DNA of 64,000 nt from Candidatus Woesearchaeota archaeon (GCA_964493265.1 CAZBLY010000001.1:28119-92118), one strand, 5' to 3'. Counted from the stretch's first letter, positions 47,994 through 58,933 are shown. Notes: a model not told the origin generated them from the sequence alone. A program made the numbers and translations.

Positions 47994-48086
47994 TTAGTTC
48001 TCGAAACATTTTTAAATCTAGATGAATACTATTTTTTAACCATATGACTAAAGCAAATAAATAAATTGCTAATGAGGGAGGTTAAA

Positions 48087-48533
48087 ATGGTTTCTGCTTA
48101 TGAAGTCGTGGAAATAGCAAGAAAATCTGGAAAAGTTGAGAAAGGAACAAACGAAGTTACTAAAGCTATAGAGAGAGGTACTGCAAAATTTGTTGTTATA
48201 GCTGATGATGTTGAGCCTAAAGAGGTTATACAGCATCTTCCTTTGTTATGTGATGAAAAAGGAATTCCTTATACAATAGTTGATTCTAAAAAGAAATTAG
48301 GAATAGCTGTAGGAATTAATGTATCAACAGCTTCTGTAGCCATTATAGAAGCTGGAAAATCAGCATCACAATTATTAACATTAGGAAAATCAACAGCCAA
48401 AACTGCAGCAAAAGTAAAGCAAGTATCAGTAGAAAAAACAGAAGAAAAAGAAAAGAAAGAAGAAAAACCAAAATCTGAACCTGAAAAAGCTCCAGAAGAA
48501 GTTGAACAAGCTAAATCCACTGAACAAAAATAA
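48087..48533 (+). CDS. rpl7ae: Ribosomal protein L7Ae with charged C-terminal extension
   Basis: [32 protein letters not shown]. Confidence 0.94.
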   Translation: MVSAYEVVEIARKSGKVEKGTNEVTKAIERGTAKFVVIADDVEPKEVIQHLPLLCDEKGIPYTIVDSKKKLGIAVGINVSTASVAIIEAGKSASQLLTLGKSTAKTAAKVKQVSVEKTEEKEKKEEKPKSEPEKAPEEVEQAKSTEQK

Positions 48534-48572
48534 AATAAATTAAACAAATAATAAAACAAGAACATCAAAAAT

Positions 48573-48863
48573 ATGATGAGAAAACAAGAAACAAGAGATG
48601 TTAAAGGAAAAGGTAAGAGAGGAATAGATAAAATAGTTGGTGGAGCTGTTCCTGCCGTAGTCCTAGAAATATCTGGAAGAACTGGCTTTAGAGGCGAGCT
48701 AACACAAGTTAAAGCCAGAATAATGCAAGGTAATGATAAAGGAAAACTCATAAGAAGAAATGTTAAAGGTCCTGTCAGATTAAAAGATATTCTTATGCTT
48801 AGAGAAACTCAAATTGAGGCAAGAAGAATAAGATCAAAAGTAATGAAAGGAGCTTATACCTAA
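48573..48863 (+). CDS. rps28e: 30S ribosomal protein S28e
   Basis: [24 protein letters not shown]. Confidence 0.94.
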   Translation: MMRKQETRDVKGKGKRGIDKIVGGAVPAVVLEISGRTGFRGELTQVKARIMQGNDKGKLIRRNVKGPVRLKDILMLRETQIEARRIRSKVMKGAYT

Positions 48864-48867
48864 TAAA

Positions 48868-49044
48868 ATGGCAAAATGTTCATTCTGTTCAAAAGATATT
48901 GGACCAGGCAGAGGAATTACTTTTGTAACAATAGAAGGCAGAATTTTTCATTTTTGTAGTAGAAAATGTAGAGTGGCTTTCAAATTAGGAAGAAATAAGA
49001 AAAAACTCGGTTGGATAAGAAAAAAGAAGAAGACCAAAAAATAA
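48868..49044 (+). CDS. rpl24e: 50S ribosomal protein L24e
   Basis: Read manually: MAKCSFCSKDIGPGRG..FCSRKC...LGW. Confidence 0.93.
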   Translation: MAKCSFCSKDIGPGRGITFVTIEGRIFHFCSRKCRVAFKLGRNKKKLGWIRKKKKTKK

Positions 49045-49133
49045 TAAAACAAAGTAAAAAGTAAAAATTTAAATAACAATTCTTCTATTTTTATATAATA
49101 GAAATATTAAAAGAGGTAGAAAGAAAAGCAAAA

Positions 49134-50696
49134 ATGCCAGAATTGCCTGTTCCTAAAATTCCAGAAGCATCAAAACCAAAACACCCTATTATTAATCTTA
49201 ATCCAGAAATTCCTCCACTAAGAAGAATTGAAGATAAGACAAAAATAAATATCAGATATGTTTTAGTTGCCCCTTATGTAACAGCCCACATCTATTGGAA
49301 TGAAAAAATTTCTGAAGTTGTTTATGAAATCGAAGAACCTATATTAAACAGCTTTGAACAAAAAACTCTTGAAGATATTGAATCTGGAATGTTAGAACTA
49401 ATAAATCTAGGAGCAGCAGTTGAAAAAAGTCAAGAAGCCTTATTAACCTATATTGACAAAATGGCCAAACTAATATTAAATGAGCTTGGCAGAACTATAA
49501 ATAAAGAAAGTTATTTAAGAATTTTTTATTATCTTTATAGAGATTTTATTGGAATGAATGAAATTGAACCGCTTTTAAGAGATTTTTTTATTGAAGATAT
49601 AGAATGTAATGGCGCTAAAACCCCCGTCTATATTGTTCATAGAATTTATAGAAATATGAGAACAAATTTAAAATACAAGGAAATTCCAAAACTCGCAAAT
49701 TTTGTTGAAAAACTTGCTCAAAGATGTGGCCGTTATGTTAGTTATGCTACCCCTCTTTTAGATGGAACACTTCCAGATGGTTCTAGAGTCAATGCGACAT
49801 ATGCAACAGAAATTACAAGTAAAGGGCCAACTTTTACAATAAGAAAATTTACAAAAGTTCCATGGACTCCAATACAACTTATTTCAATGAATACTCTTAG
49901 CCCAGAAATGCTGGCTTATTTCTGGATTCTTATGGAATATAAATCAAATGTTCTTATTACCGGAGGAACCGGAAGTGGAAAAACATCTATGCTTAATGCG
50001 CTAGCTTTTTTTATCCCTCCAGAAGCTCGTGTTGTTTCAGTAGAAGATACTAGAGAAATAAATCTACCAAGAGAAAATTGGCTTCCAAGTGTTGCCAGAG
50101 CAGGGCTTGTAGGAGCAGGCGAAATAGATATGTTTACTCTTCTTAAAGAATCTTTCAGACAAAATCCAGATTATGTTATTGTTGGTGAAGTTAGAGGTAA
50201 GGAAGCTTTTGTTTTATTCCAAGCAATGGCAGCAGGTCATCCTTCATTAAGTACAATGCATGCAGATTCTGTAGAAACCATAATCAGACGTCTAGAAACG
50301 CCACCAATAAACCTAAACCCTACACTTGTCAATACTCTTGATGCTGTTGTTATTATGACCCATGCTATTGTCAACAAAGAAGAAACACGACGTTTAAGAC
50401 AAGTTACTGAAATAGTTGATGTAACAGCAGAAGGAATTGCTCTAACAAATATTCCTTTCAAATGGAATCCTTCTGAAGATTCATTTTATTTTAAAACAGA
50501 AAGTAAAGTTTTTGAAAAAATTTGTAAAAGATATGGTATTTCAAAAAAAGACTTACTTAAAGAATTCCATATAAGAACAAAACTGCTCTTTACTCTTTAC
50601 AAAAAGAAAATTTATGATTTTGCAACAGTTCAAAAAATAATCAATGAATATTACAAAAATCCAAAAAAAGTCATTGCAAGATACCTAAGAAGATAA
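49134..50696 (+). CDS. Type II/IV secretion / pilus assembly ATPase
   Basis: IEDIECNG, LPDGSR, FTIRKF, GGTGSGKT, EDTRE, RQNPDY.IVGEVRG, STMHA. Confidence 0.94.
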   Translation: MPELPVPKIPEASKPKHPIINLNPEIPPLRRIEDKTKINIRYVLVAPYVTAHIYWNEKISEVVYEIEEPILNSFEQKTLEDIESGMLELINLGAAVEKSQEALLTYIDKMAKLILNELGRTINKESYLRIFYYLYRDFIGMNEIEPLLRDFFIEDIECNGAKTPVYIVHRIYRNMRTNLKYKEIPKLANFVEKLAQRCGRYVSYATPLLDGTLPDGSRVNATYATEITSKGPTFTIRKFTKVPWTPIQLISMNTLSPEMLAYFWILMEYKSNVLITGGTGSGKTSMLNALAFFIPPEARVVSVEDTREINLPRENWLPSVARAGLVGAGEIDMFTLLKESFRQNPDYVIVGEVRGKEAFVLFQAMAAGHPSLSTMHADSVETIIRRLETPPINLNPTLVNTLDAVVIMTHAIVNKEETRRLRQVTEIVDVTAEGIALTNIPFKWNPSEDSFYFKTESKVFEKICKRYGISKKDLLKEFHIRTKLLFTLYKKKIYDFATVQKIINEYYKNPKKVIARYLRR

Positions 50697-50726
50697 AAAT
50701 AAAAAAAGACAAGATTAAAAATAAAA

Positions 50727-50900
50727 ATGATATCACAAGATAAAATAGCTTTTCTAATGCATTTAATAATATCTTCAAAAGAATCTCTTATTGCACTTGA
50801 ACAAGCTCTTAAAATTGGAGATGAAAAAAAAGTTGAGGAGATTAAAAATTCCCTTATAAAATTAAATAAAGCCACTAAAAAAAATTTAGACCAATATTAA
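50727..50900 (+). CDS. Small helical hypothetical protein in the pilus operon
   Basis: 57-aa ATG ORF (MISQDKIAFLMHL...) filling the ATPase-TadB gap. Confidence 0.6.
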   Translation: MISQDKIAFLMHLIISSKESLIALEQALKIGDEKKVEEIKNSLIKLNKATKKNLDQY

Positions 50901-50913
50901 AGTTAAAATTAAA

Positions 50914-52200
50914 ATGGTTTCAATAACAGAAGAATCTTTAGAATCAATTAAATCGAACATAGATAGATCAGAAAAAATAGTTACAGAATTAATTAAATTA
51001 ACCCTTTCTTTTAATGTTACGAAAGCTGAAGAAAAATCTATGATTAAAAAATCAGCAGAAGCTTTAATTGAACAACTAAAAGTAATTAATGAACCTATAG
51101 AACTTCTCTTACTTAGTATAAATGTTGAAACTTTTCCAGAAGAAAAAAAGAAAAAAAGAAAATCAAAAGGAAAAAGGAAAAAATATGAAAGAATAACAAC
51201 CTTAACAGGCCCGGTTTATATTAGTCAAGAAAAAAAGCAGAAATTTCTTAAGGATTTGGGAATAGAAAAAAAATATATTAGAAAAATTAGAAAAAAAATA
51301 CTAAATAAAAAAATTCCAAAAACTCAGGAAATTTCAACACATTCCACTTTGGCATCTTTTTCAAACAAATTATTTTATAAAGTATCCTCAAATCTTTCTA
51401 AGACTGCTTTTTTTAAGGGGGTTCAAAAAGACTTAAGAAAGGCCAGCATGTCTTATACTCTAAAAACATATATTTCAATAACTCTTTTTCTAACCTTGCT
51501 AACTTTTATTGTCTCCTTTATTCTTGCATTATTCTTTACATCGTCATTTATTACAGGAATAAGAAATTTAGGAATAGCCTTGATTCTTACTATAATAATT
51601 TTCTTTCTTGCATTGAGTTGGCCAGCAAACACTGCATCATCAAACAGAAAAAAAATTGATTCAGAACTACCTTTCGCAACATCACACATGGCAGCAATCG
51701 CCTCAAGTAAAGTTGAACCATCAAGAATCTTTTCTATAATGACCCTATCAAAAGAATATATAGCAATAAGCATGGAATGCAGAAAAATAGTAAATCAAAT
51801 CAATGTTTATGGTTATAATCTTACAACCTCTTTAAAAAATGTAGCAAAACAGACACCAAGTAAAAGTTTTGCAGAATTAATCAACGGAATGGCTACAACA
51901 ATAACAACAGGGGGAAATTTAGCAACATATCTAAATGAAAGAGCAAAAGGAATTCTTTTAGATTATAAATTAAAACATGAAAGATACGCATCTATTATAG
52001 GGATGTATTCTGATATCTATACAGCCTTACTTATAGCGGCACCATTAATTTTTATGCTTTTATTAGCTATAATATCCATCATAGGTTCAACATTTATGGG
52101 GATGCCCGCCTCAACTCTAGCCAACCTTGGAATTATAGTTATAGCAGTTCTAAATGTTGCTTTCCTAATATTTTTACAACTAACCCAACCAAATATTTAA
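50914..52200 (+). CDS. T2SS F / TadB-TadC-like membrane platform protein
   Basis: IDSELPFA, GYNL..SL, TPS..F, GGNL, C-terminal TMs. Confidence 0.88.
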   Translation: MVSITEESLESIKSNIDRSEKIVTELIKLTLSFNVTKAEEKSMIKKSAEALIEQLKVINEPIELLLLSINVETFPEEKKKKRKSKGKRKKYERITTLTGPVYISQEKKQKFLKDLGIEKKYIRKIRKKILNKKIPKTQEISTHSTLASFSNKLFYKVSSNLSKTAFFKGVQKDLRKASMSYTLKTYISITLFLTLLTFIVSFILALFFTSSFITGIRNLGIALILTIIIFFLALSWPANTASSNRKKIDSELPFATSHMAAIASSKVEPSRIFSIMTLSKEYIAISMECRKIVNQINVYGYNLTTSLKNVAKQTPSKSFAELINGMATTITTGGNLATYLNERAKGILLDYKLKHERYASIIGMYSDIYTALLIAAPLIFMLLLAIISIIGSTFMGMPASTLANLGIIVIAVLNVAFLIFLQLTQPNI

Positions 52201-52219
52201 AAAAATGAAAATTTAAAAA

Positions 52220-53053
52220 ATGAAAAAAATAAAAATAATCTCAATCATAACAGGAATTTTAATAATTATGTTCAGTGCTTTTTTCCTAAGAAAACTTTTT
52301 TATTTTATGTTAGGAATTTCTATAATTATTATGGTCTTGCCTTTTATTATTTCTCTTATTGCAGAATCAGGAAGAGAGAAAGAAAAAGAAGAAATGTTTC
52401 TCGAATTTGCCAGAAATCTTGTTGAGAGTGTCAGGGCAGGAACACCAATCTCCAAAAGTATTATTAATATTGCGACAAAAAATTATGCTAGTCTAACCCC
52501 CCATGTAAAAAAACTGGCTAATCAGATTAAAATTGCAATTCCTGTTAAACAAGCTCTAAAAACTTTCGCATCTGACATAAAAAACAAAGTTATTTCCAGA
52601 TCTGTTGAACTTATAATAGAAGCAGAAACTTCTGGAGGGGAGATAGGTTCTGTACTTGATGCAATTGTTAAAAGTGTAAATGAGATTGAAGATCTAAAAA
52701 AAGAAAGACAGGCAAGAGTATTCAGCATGGTTATTCAAGGATACATAATATTTCTCATTTTTGTTGTTATTATGCTTTTTGTTGAAATTAAATTCATGCC
52801 ACTTATAGCCGGGGCCTTAACAGGAACAGAAATTCAAACAACAGGCCTTGGAATCACCTTTGGAGGGGGTGGAGTTTCAACAGAAATAATTGAAAGATCT
52901 TTTTTTATTCTTCTCCTTGTCCAAGCCCTATTCGCAGGTCTTGTTATAGGAAAACTAAGTCAAGGCTCAATAAAATATGGAATTAAGCATTCAACTATCC
53001 TTCTTATTTTTACATTCTTAATTGTAAATGCGGCAAGAGCTTTATTAGGTTAA
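52220..53053 (+). CDS. T2SS F / TadC-like membrane platform protein
   Basis: FARNL, AGTP, SGGEIG.VL, Q..FAGL..GKL..G. Confidence 0.88.
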   Translation: MKKIKIISIITGILIIMFSAFFLRKLFYFMLGISIIIMVLPFIISLIAESGREKEKEEMFLEFARNLVESVRAGTPISKSIINIATKNYASLTPHVKKLANQIKIAIPVKQALKTFASDIKNKVISRSVELIIEAETSGGEIGSVLDAIVKSVNEIEDLKKERQARVFSMVIQGYIIFLIFVVIMLFVEIKFMPLIAGALTGTEIQTTGLGITFGGGGVSTEIIERSFFILLLVQALFAGLVIGKLSQGSIKYGIKHSTILLIFTFLIVNAARALLG

Positions 53054-53097
53054 CATTAATTAATAATTAAATCAATCAAAATGAAAATTACTAAAAA

Positions 53098-53544
53098 ATG
53101 AAATTCACTAAAAATTTAAAATTGTCTGTTGCAATAGCAATTTCTATTTTTTTGTTATTACTTGTAGCTTTTTGTGATTATTTTGCTTATCCTCTATCTT
53201 TTTGGATTTTTTCTTTTGCTCTTGCTATCGTTGCATCAATTTTTTATATATTCCTTACAAAAAAAATCTTAAATGGAGGTCTAATCTTTCTTAGTTGGTA
53301 TATTTTACTTGCAGCTGGACTTGAAGATTTATTTTTTTATATAATGCACGGTCCAATTCCAAAATCAATGTTTCATTTATATGATGAATCTTGGATGGGT
53401 TTAGTTGCAAGAATTTTGGGTCTTGAAACAGTCACTCTATTATCCTTAATTATTAGTATTATTTTGGGTGCAATTGTAATAATCATGCTAATACTTTTAC
53501 TTAAGTTTGTAAGAAATAAAAAATGGTGGCCCAAATGGCTCTAG
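53098..53544 (+). CDS. Hypothetical membrane protein
   Basis: About 4 TM helices, GLEDLFFY motif. Confidence 0.7.
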   Translation: MKFTKNLKLSVAIAISIFLLLLVAFCDYFAYPLSFWIFSFALAIVASIFYIFLTKKILNGGLIFLSWYILLAAGLEDLFFYIMHGPIPKSMFHLYDESWMGLVARILGLETVTLLSLIISIILGAIVIIMLILLLKFVRNKKWWPKWL

Positions 53545-53584
53545 GGATTAATTTAAAAATAATGAGTAATTAAAATTATTAAAA

Positions 53585-54847
53585 ATGATTAAAGCATTAA
53601 TAGTTATAATTTATTTTGTTTCTCTTTTTTTTATCACTTTCTGGCTTTTAGTTCTTGCTGAAAAAGGGATTGTAAAAGAAAAATCTAGTTTAAACATCAA
53701 AAAAGGAAAAATTGAGAAAGTTTCAATATGTATCCCTGCATGGAATGAAGAAAAAACCATTATTGAAACTATAAAATCTCTTTTAAAATTAGATTATCCA
53801 AGGAATAAAATAGAGATTATAATTGTTGATGATGGCTCAACAGATAGGACAAGTGAAAAAGTTAGGGAATTAATCAAAAAATATCCTAATAGAATTATTA
53901 AATTAATTCAACACAAAAAAAACCAAGGAAAAGGAGCAGCCATGAATACAGGACTTAAAATAGCCACTGGTAAATTTTTCATTAGTTTAGATGCAGATTC
54001 TATAATCAATCCAAATGCACTTAAAAAAATAATTCCTTATTTTGATGATATAGAGGTTACGGCGGTTCTTCCTCTAATTAAAATTCAACACAAAAAAACA
54101 ATCATGCAAAAAATTCAACATTGCGAATATCTTATAAATTTTTTCTATAAAAAATTAATGTATCTTTTAAATTGCGTTCACGTTACTCCGGGGCCTTTCT
54201 CAGTTTATCGAAAAAACATAATTAAAAAACTTGGAGGATTTGATGAAAATAATCTAGTAGAAGATCTTGAGATGGCTTTCAGGCTCCAGAAACATCATTA
54301 TAAAATAATCCAGCTCCTAGGAACTTATGCCCTCACTAAAGCTCCTGCAACTCTCGTTCAATTTTATAAACAAAGAAATAGGTGGTATAAAGGCTCTCTA
54401 ATAAATCTATTAAGCAGAAAATATAGGGGAATGATGTTTAATCATAAGTATGGTGATTTGGGTTTTTTTCAATTTCCAATGATTATTATTTCGGCCACCC
54501 TATCAATAGCTATTTTTATAATAATCTTTGGCATATATATTATAAAACCATTAATGATAAATATCCATAATCTTAGTTATATAAATTTTGATATAATTCC
54601 TTTAATCAAAAGTTTTGTACAGAATTTTGCTTTCAGAGACCTTAATCTAATTCCCGTATTTTATGGAACAACAATTTTCAGTTTTGCACTTGTCTTTCTT
54701 GGATTGGCACACCATTATACTAAAGAAAACTTAATAAAGAATGCCAAATCCATATTATTATATTTCATATTATATCCATTTATACTTTCAATAATATGGA
54801 TAGGAATAATCTTTGATTTTGTAACAGGAAGAATACAAAAATGGTAA
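53585..54847 (+). CDS. Processive GT2 glycosyltransferase (PgaC/cellulose-synthase-like)
   Basis: IPAWNEE, DDGSTD, GKGAA, LDADS, EDLE, QRNRW, flanking TMs. Confidence 0.9.
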   Translation: MIKALIVIIYFVSLFFITFWLLVLAEKGIVKEKSSLNIKKGKIEKVSICIPAWNEEKTIIETIKSLLKLDYPRNKIEIIIVDDGSTDRTSEKVRELIKKYPNRIIKLIQHKKNQGKGAAMNTGLKIATGKFFISLDADSIINPNALKKIIPYFDDIEVTAVLPLIKIQHKKTIMQKIQHCEYLINFFYKKLMYLLNCVHVTPGPFSVYRKNIIKKLGGFDENNLVEDLEMAFRLQKHHYKIIQLLGTYALTKAPATLVQFYKQRNRWYKGSLINLLSRKYRGMMFNHKYGDLGFFQFPMIIISATLSIAIFIIIFGIYIIKPLMINIHNLSYINFDIIPLIKSFVQNFAFRDLNLIPVFYGTTIFSFALVFLGLAHHYTKENLIKNAKSILLYFILYPFILSIIWIGIIFDFVTGRIQKW

Positions 54848-55548
54848 AAAAAAGAACAGAAAAAAGAATAAGACTTAAAAAAAGAAGATATGCTATTGCC
54901 TTAATTTTTGTTCTTTTGATTTTTGCTGCAGGAACTCTGTTTGGGTCTTATCTATCTAAAGAGAGGATAGATTACTTAGAAAATGAAGTTTATGTACATA
55001 GACTAAATTTCCAAAGCCTTCAACTCCAATCTTTATTTCTTTCATCATTAATAAGTCAAAATCGAACTGCAAATTGTGAAGCATTAAATTATTTTCTTGA
55101 ACAAAATCTTGAATCAGTTGCAGAAGCTCAGCAAAAAGTAGAAAAATACATGAGAGAGTCTGATAAAACAGTTTTCTATAACTATAAGAGAGAATATATT
55201 CAAGCCCAGATAAATTATTGGTTAATGTATCAAGAAGTTAAAAGAATATGCGAACCTAACCAAGCCGCTATATTATATTTTTATTCAAATGAAGCATGTA
55301 ACAATTGTGGGGCTCAAGGAACTATTCTAGACTACCTAAAAAACAAATTTGGACAAAGCATTCTAATTTTTTCTCTTGATGCAGATCTTATTGATGAACC
55401 AATGATTGGAATTTTAAAAGAAACCTATAATGTTGAAGAATTACCAAGTTTAGTTATTGAAGATGAATTACATGAAGGTTTAATGAATAAACAAGAATTA
55501 AGTAAAGAAATCTGCAAATACTTAGTTCATGATTTTTGCGAAGAATAA
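54841..55548 (+). CDS. Membrane-anchored thioredoxin-fold protein
   Basis: TM, coiled region, ILYFYS..CNNC..QG, YNVEELPSLVI. Confidence 0.75.
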   Translation: MVKKRTEKRIRLKKRRYAIALIFVLLIFAAGTLFGSYLSKERIDYLENEVYVHRLNFQSLQLQSLFLSSLISQNRTANCEALNYFLEQNLESVAEAQQKVEKYMRESDKTVFYNYKREYIQAQINYWLMYQEVKRICEPNQAAILYFYSNEACNNCGAQGTILDYLKNKFGQSILIFSLDADLIDEPMIGILKETYNVEELPSLVIEDELHEGLMNKQELSKEICKYLVHDFCEE

Positions 55549-56975
55549 ACAAAATAAACTGAAATAATATTGCTACAATCATCAACAATTTGTTTCTCAA
55601 AAACGAGATTATTATGATTATCTAATATTGTTTTGTTAAAATAAGTTCCACCAATTTCATTATAAATAATATAATCAGGTTCATAAAAATCCACTAGATA
55701 ATCAATATCCTCAGTCCACAAAGAAGCAACTTTAGAATTTAAATGATAACCATACCAAGGCCATATATTGCTTAGAATAACAGAATCAGAAGAGACTCCT
55801 TGTTCTTTTAGACAATCAATTGATTTCATAATAGCATTATTCTTTTGACAATCAATTTTTTTATAAGAATCTTGTATTGAATTACTAATAATAACAAAAC
55901 TATTCACCAAGAGAGCTAGAACAACCAAAATAAAAATTATTTTCATTATCTTATCTTTATAATTTTTAATCCAAAGCAAGCCATGAAAAGCAACAATATA
56001 AATAAAAGGTAAAAAAGAAAGATAATAACGAGCCAACTTCAATCTTACAAAAAATAAATAATAAACAAAAGATACAATGGAATAAAAAACAATTAAAAAA
56101 TACCATCCTTTTTTATTCTTATTTTTAATTATCAAGTAAATAAGAGAATACAATCCTAAAATAAACAAGAAAGGAATCATAAAACCAACAGCAGCAAATA
56201 AATTATATATTTGATTTATTATTGGTTGTAAGGTGGTCCATTCTTTAAGAACAGAAAATTGTTCATAAAAATCCCAAATTGGATTTTTATATATCAGCCA
56301 ATTATAAACTAGCCATGGAATAAGAGGAATTAAAAAAAACAAGACAAAAATTCCTAAATCTTTCCATCTTTTTTTAAAAACAAAACATACACCAACAGAA
56401 AAAGCAAATAAAGCAAGGGGAAAACGTGCTAAAAAAGCAAGGGCAGCTATAAAACCAGCAAGGGCAATAAAAATATTTTTTCTCTTACTTTCATCAGACT
56501 TCAATAAAAAATAAAACGATAAAATTATAAAAAACACTGCAGGAATATCAGCATAAACACGAAAACCCCAAAATAAAAAAAGCGGGCATAGAACAAATAA
56601 TATAGAAAGTAAAAAAGATAGTTGTTTTGAAAAAAATCTCTTGCTTATCAAATAAATAAAGAATGCAGAAGCCAAGCTGAAAAGAATAATAACAAAACGG
56701 GCAATAAAAATACTTTCACCAAAAAGCCAAGAAAAAGATATAATATACTCAAGAAGAGGAAACCTAAAATCTTCTGTAAAGTTACTAATACCAAGATGGC
56801 TTCTAGCATTTCCTAGATAAACATTCTCATCCCATAAAAGCATAGGACTTAACCAATTTAAAAATAAAAATAATGCCAAAAGAACTAAAAGAAAAATTCC
56901 TATGGCAATAAATTCTGTCTTTTTCTTATTTTTCTTTTTCTTTTTTTTATTCTTTTTTTCTTTTTTTGATTTCAT
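55527..56975 (-). CDS. GT-C (ArnT/PMT, GT39-like) membrane glycosyltransferase
   Basis: WDENVY, RFPL, ADIP, ARF, RYY; ATGA overlap with the upstream gene. Confidence 0.85.
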   Translation of the reverse strand: MKSKKEKKNKKKKKKNKKKTEFIAIGIFLLVLLALFLFLNWLSPMLLWDENVYLGNARSHLGISNFTEDFRFPLLEYIISFSWLFGESIFIARFVIILFSLASAFFIYLISKRFFSKQLSFLLSILFVLCPLFLFWGFRVYADIPAVFFIILSFYFLLKSDESKRKNIFIALAGFIAALAFLARFPLALFAFSVGVCFVFKKRWKDLGIFVLFFLIPLIPWLVYNWLIYKNPIWDFYEQFSVLKEWTTLQPIINQIYNLFAAVGFMIPFLFILGLYSLIYLIIKNKNKKGWYFLIVFYSIVSFVYYLFFVRLKLARYYLSFLPFIYIVAFHGLLWIKNYKDKIMKIIFILVVLALLVNSFVIISNSIQDSYKKIDCQKNNAIMKSIDCLKEQGVSSDSVILSNIWPWYGYHLNSKVASLWTEDIDYLVDFYEPDYIIYNEIGGTYFNKTILDNHNNLVFEKQIVDDCSNIISVYFVYSSQKS

Positions 56976-58036
56976 TTCCAAACCCACCATAAACTGCTTA
57001 AATATGTAAATATTGTTGCTATAGCAATACCAAAAATATTAGATACAAGATAATGCAAGCCTAAAGCTGTAAGAATCCATAGTATGCCCAGATTAACTAA
57101 CAAAGCAAAAATTCTGGCTATATTAAATTTGAACAGTCTTTTTAAAAGCCGGCCTTTTCTTTCTCTTCTAAAAGTCCATACATCATTAAGGATAAAATTT
57201 GATAATATTGATGCCTCGATTGCAATAATACTAGAAATAAGATAAAATAAACCAGCAAATTCAGTCAAAGTCCAAAGCAACCCTTCATTAAGAATAAATC
57301 CACTTACTCCAATAATACAAAATTTCAAAAATCTTTTATGTTCTTTTTGATGTCTAAAAAGTTTTAGAAGATGTTTAAATGCAACATAAGTCTGCTTAAA
57401 ATTAAATTTGCTTTTTTCTTTTTCTCTCTCTCCAAAGGAAAAAGGAACTTCAATAATCTTATCATAATCATAATGGGCTTTGGCAAGAATTTCTAATAAA
57501 ATCTTAAATCCATCTGGTTTCAATCTTGCCTTTTTTAAAATTTTCTTTCTAAAAATAAAAAATCCTGTTGAAGTATCTCTAATGTTCTGTGTTTTTGGAA
57601 CACAAATATGAGATAAAAAAATAAAAACTTTTGAAACAAATTTACGCCATAAACTAAAACCAACTTTAGATCCTTTAACAAAACGAGAAACAATAATAAT
57701 ATCTTTATTCTCTTTCTTCATCTTTTTCAACATTAATGCAATCATTTCTGGGGGGTGTTGTAAATCAGCATCCATCACACAAATAAAATCCCCTTTGGCT
57801 TTTTTAAAACCAACAATAACAGAATTACTTAAATCAAGTTCTCCAGTATTAAAAACCCTAATATTTAATTTGTATTTTTTTCCAAGTTTTTTTGCTATAA
57901 TATCTGTGCCATCTTTACTATTACTATCAACAAGGATTATCTCAGAATTTTTAATTTTTCTGATTCTTTTAAGCCTTCTAAAAAGTTTTTCAATATTTAA
58001 AGCTTCATTCTTTGTTGGAATTATTATGGATAACAT
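56972..58036 (-). CDS. Dpm1-like polyprenol-phosphate glycosyltransferase with GtrA domain
   Basis: IIIPTKNE, MDADLQHPP, SRF, GFKILLE, SNFILND.WTF. Confidence 0.9.
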   Translation of the reverse strand: MLSIIIPTKNEALNIEKLFRRLKRIRKIKNSEIILVDSNSKDGTDIIAKKLGKKYKLNIRVFNTGELDLSNSVIVGFKKAKGDFICVMDADLQHPPEMIALMLKKMKKENKDIIIVSRFVKGSKVGFSLWRKFVSKVFIFLSHICVPKTQNIRDTSTGFFIFRKKILKKARLKPDGFKILLEILAKAHYDYDKIIEVPFSFGEREKEKSKFNFKQTYVAFKHLLKLFRHQKEHKRFLKFCIIGVSGFILNEGLLWTLTEFAGLFYLISSIIAIEASILSNFILNDVWTFRRERKGRLLKRLFKFNIARIFALLVNLGILWILTALGLHYLVSNIFGIAIATIFTYLSSLWWVWK

Positions 58037-58102
58037 GATAACATTCTAATATATGTTTATAAAAAACATAAAATATTAAAAGTTAAAAACCTTGTCCTTA
58101 AG

Positions 58103-58906
58103 ATGTTTGAGTCAATTAAATCTGCAAAAATTAAAGAAGAAGAAGAATGCGAAGAATGTGGTAATAAAGGTGTTCTCATTAATGCTATTATTGATGGTAG
58201 AATGAAGAGGGTATGTAATAGGTGTATTAATTCAACTAATGCAATTATAATTAAAAAACCTCAGAATGTTAAAATAGAAGAGGTCCCAAGACGTTCTGTG
58301 CATGAAATTTTAGAACAAATGTCTGGAATTAAACCAAAACCAATTAAAAAACCGGTTGCAGAGATAAAACTTGAAGATTTGCGACAAAGATATGAGGAAA
58401 TGAAAGAAAAAAGAAAAAAATTACAAGAAGAAAAAGAGCACAAAGAAAAAGAAGAGCAAATAAAATTAAAAAAAGAGTTAGAAGAAAATGAAAAATCTAA
58501 AATATTTGATAGAGATCGTTTTAAAAAATATGTTCAAATGCAAAAAGAAATACGAAAAAGGCCAATAGAAAACACAATAAAAGAAATAAAACCAAAAGAA
58601 ACAGAACCAATAGAAATAGAAGAAAAAGAAATTAACTTTAATATTGAAGCCACCAAAAACACAAAAGTTAGTGACTTATTTAGAAGAATAATAAAAAGAA
58701 AAAGACCAGAATTAAAACCATCACAATCAGAACTCCAACAACCACAATCAGAACAAGCTAAACAATCAACGCAATCAGAACAAAATGAACAACTTAAAAA
58801 GCAAGAAATACAAGAAAAACCTGAAATAACCCCAGAAGAACCAAAAACTGAAGAAAATCCAGTAGAAGAACAAAAACCTGAAGAAAAGCCAGAGGAAAAA
58901 ATTTAA
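58103..58906 (+). CDS. Hypothetical protein with MBF1-like N-terminal Zn ribbon and low-complexity tail
   Basis: CEECG...VCNRC, then E/K/Q-rich region. Confidence 0.7.
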   Translation: MFESIKSAKIKEEEECEECGNKGVLINAIIDGRMKRVCNRCINSTNAIIIKKPQNVKIEEVPRRSVHEILEQMSGIKPKPIKKPVAEIKLEDLRQRYEEMKEKRKKLQEEKEHKEKEEQIKLKKELEENEKSKIFDRDRFKKYVQMQKEIRKRPIENTIKEIKPKETEPIEIEEKEINFNIEATKNTKVSDLFRRIIKRKRPELKPSQSELQQPQSEQAKQSTQSEQNEQLKKQEIQEKPEITPEEPKTEENPVEEQKPEEKPEEKI

Positions 58907-58933
58907 ATAGAGCTTTCTCGAGATTTTATTAAG

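Noticed and set aside
3793..57795. Numerous 60-160 aa antisense or alternate-frame ORFs within housekeeping genes (e.g. 5327, 10022, 20162, 39884, 48269, 51453)
   Set aside because: Overlap well-supported genes and lack recognisable motifs
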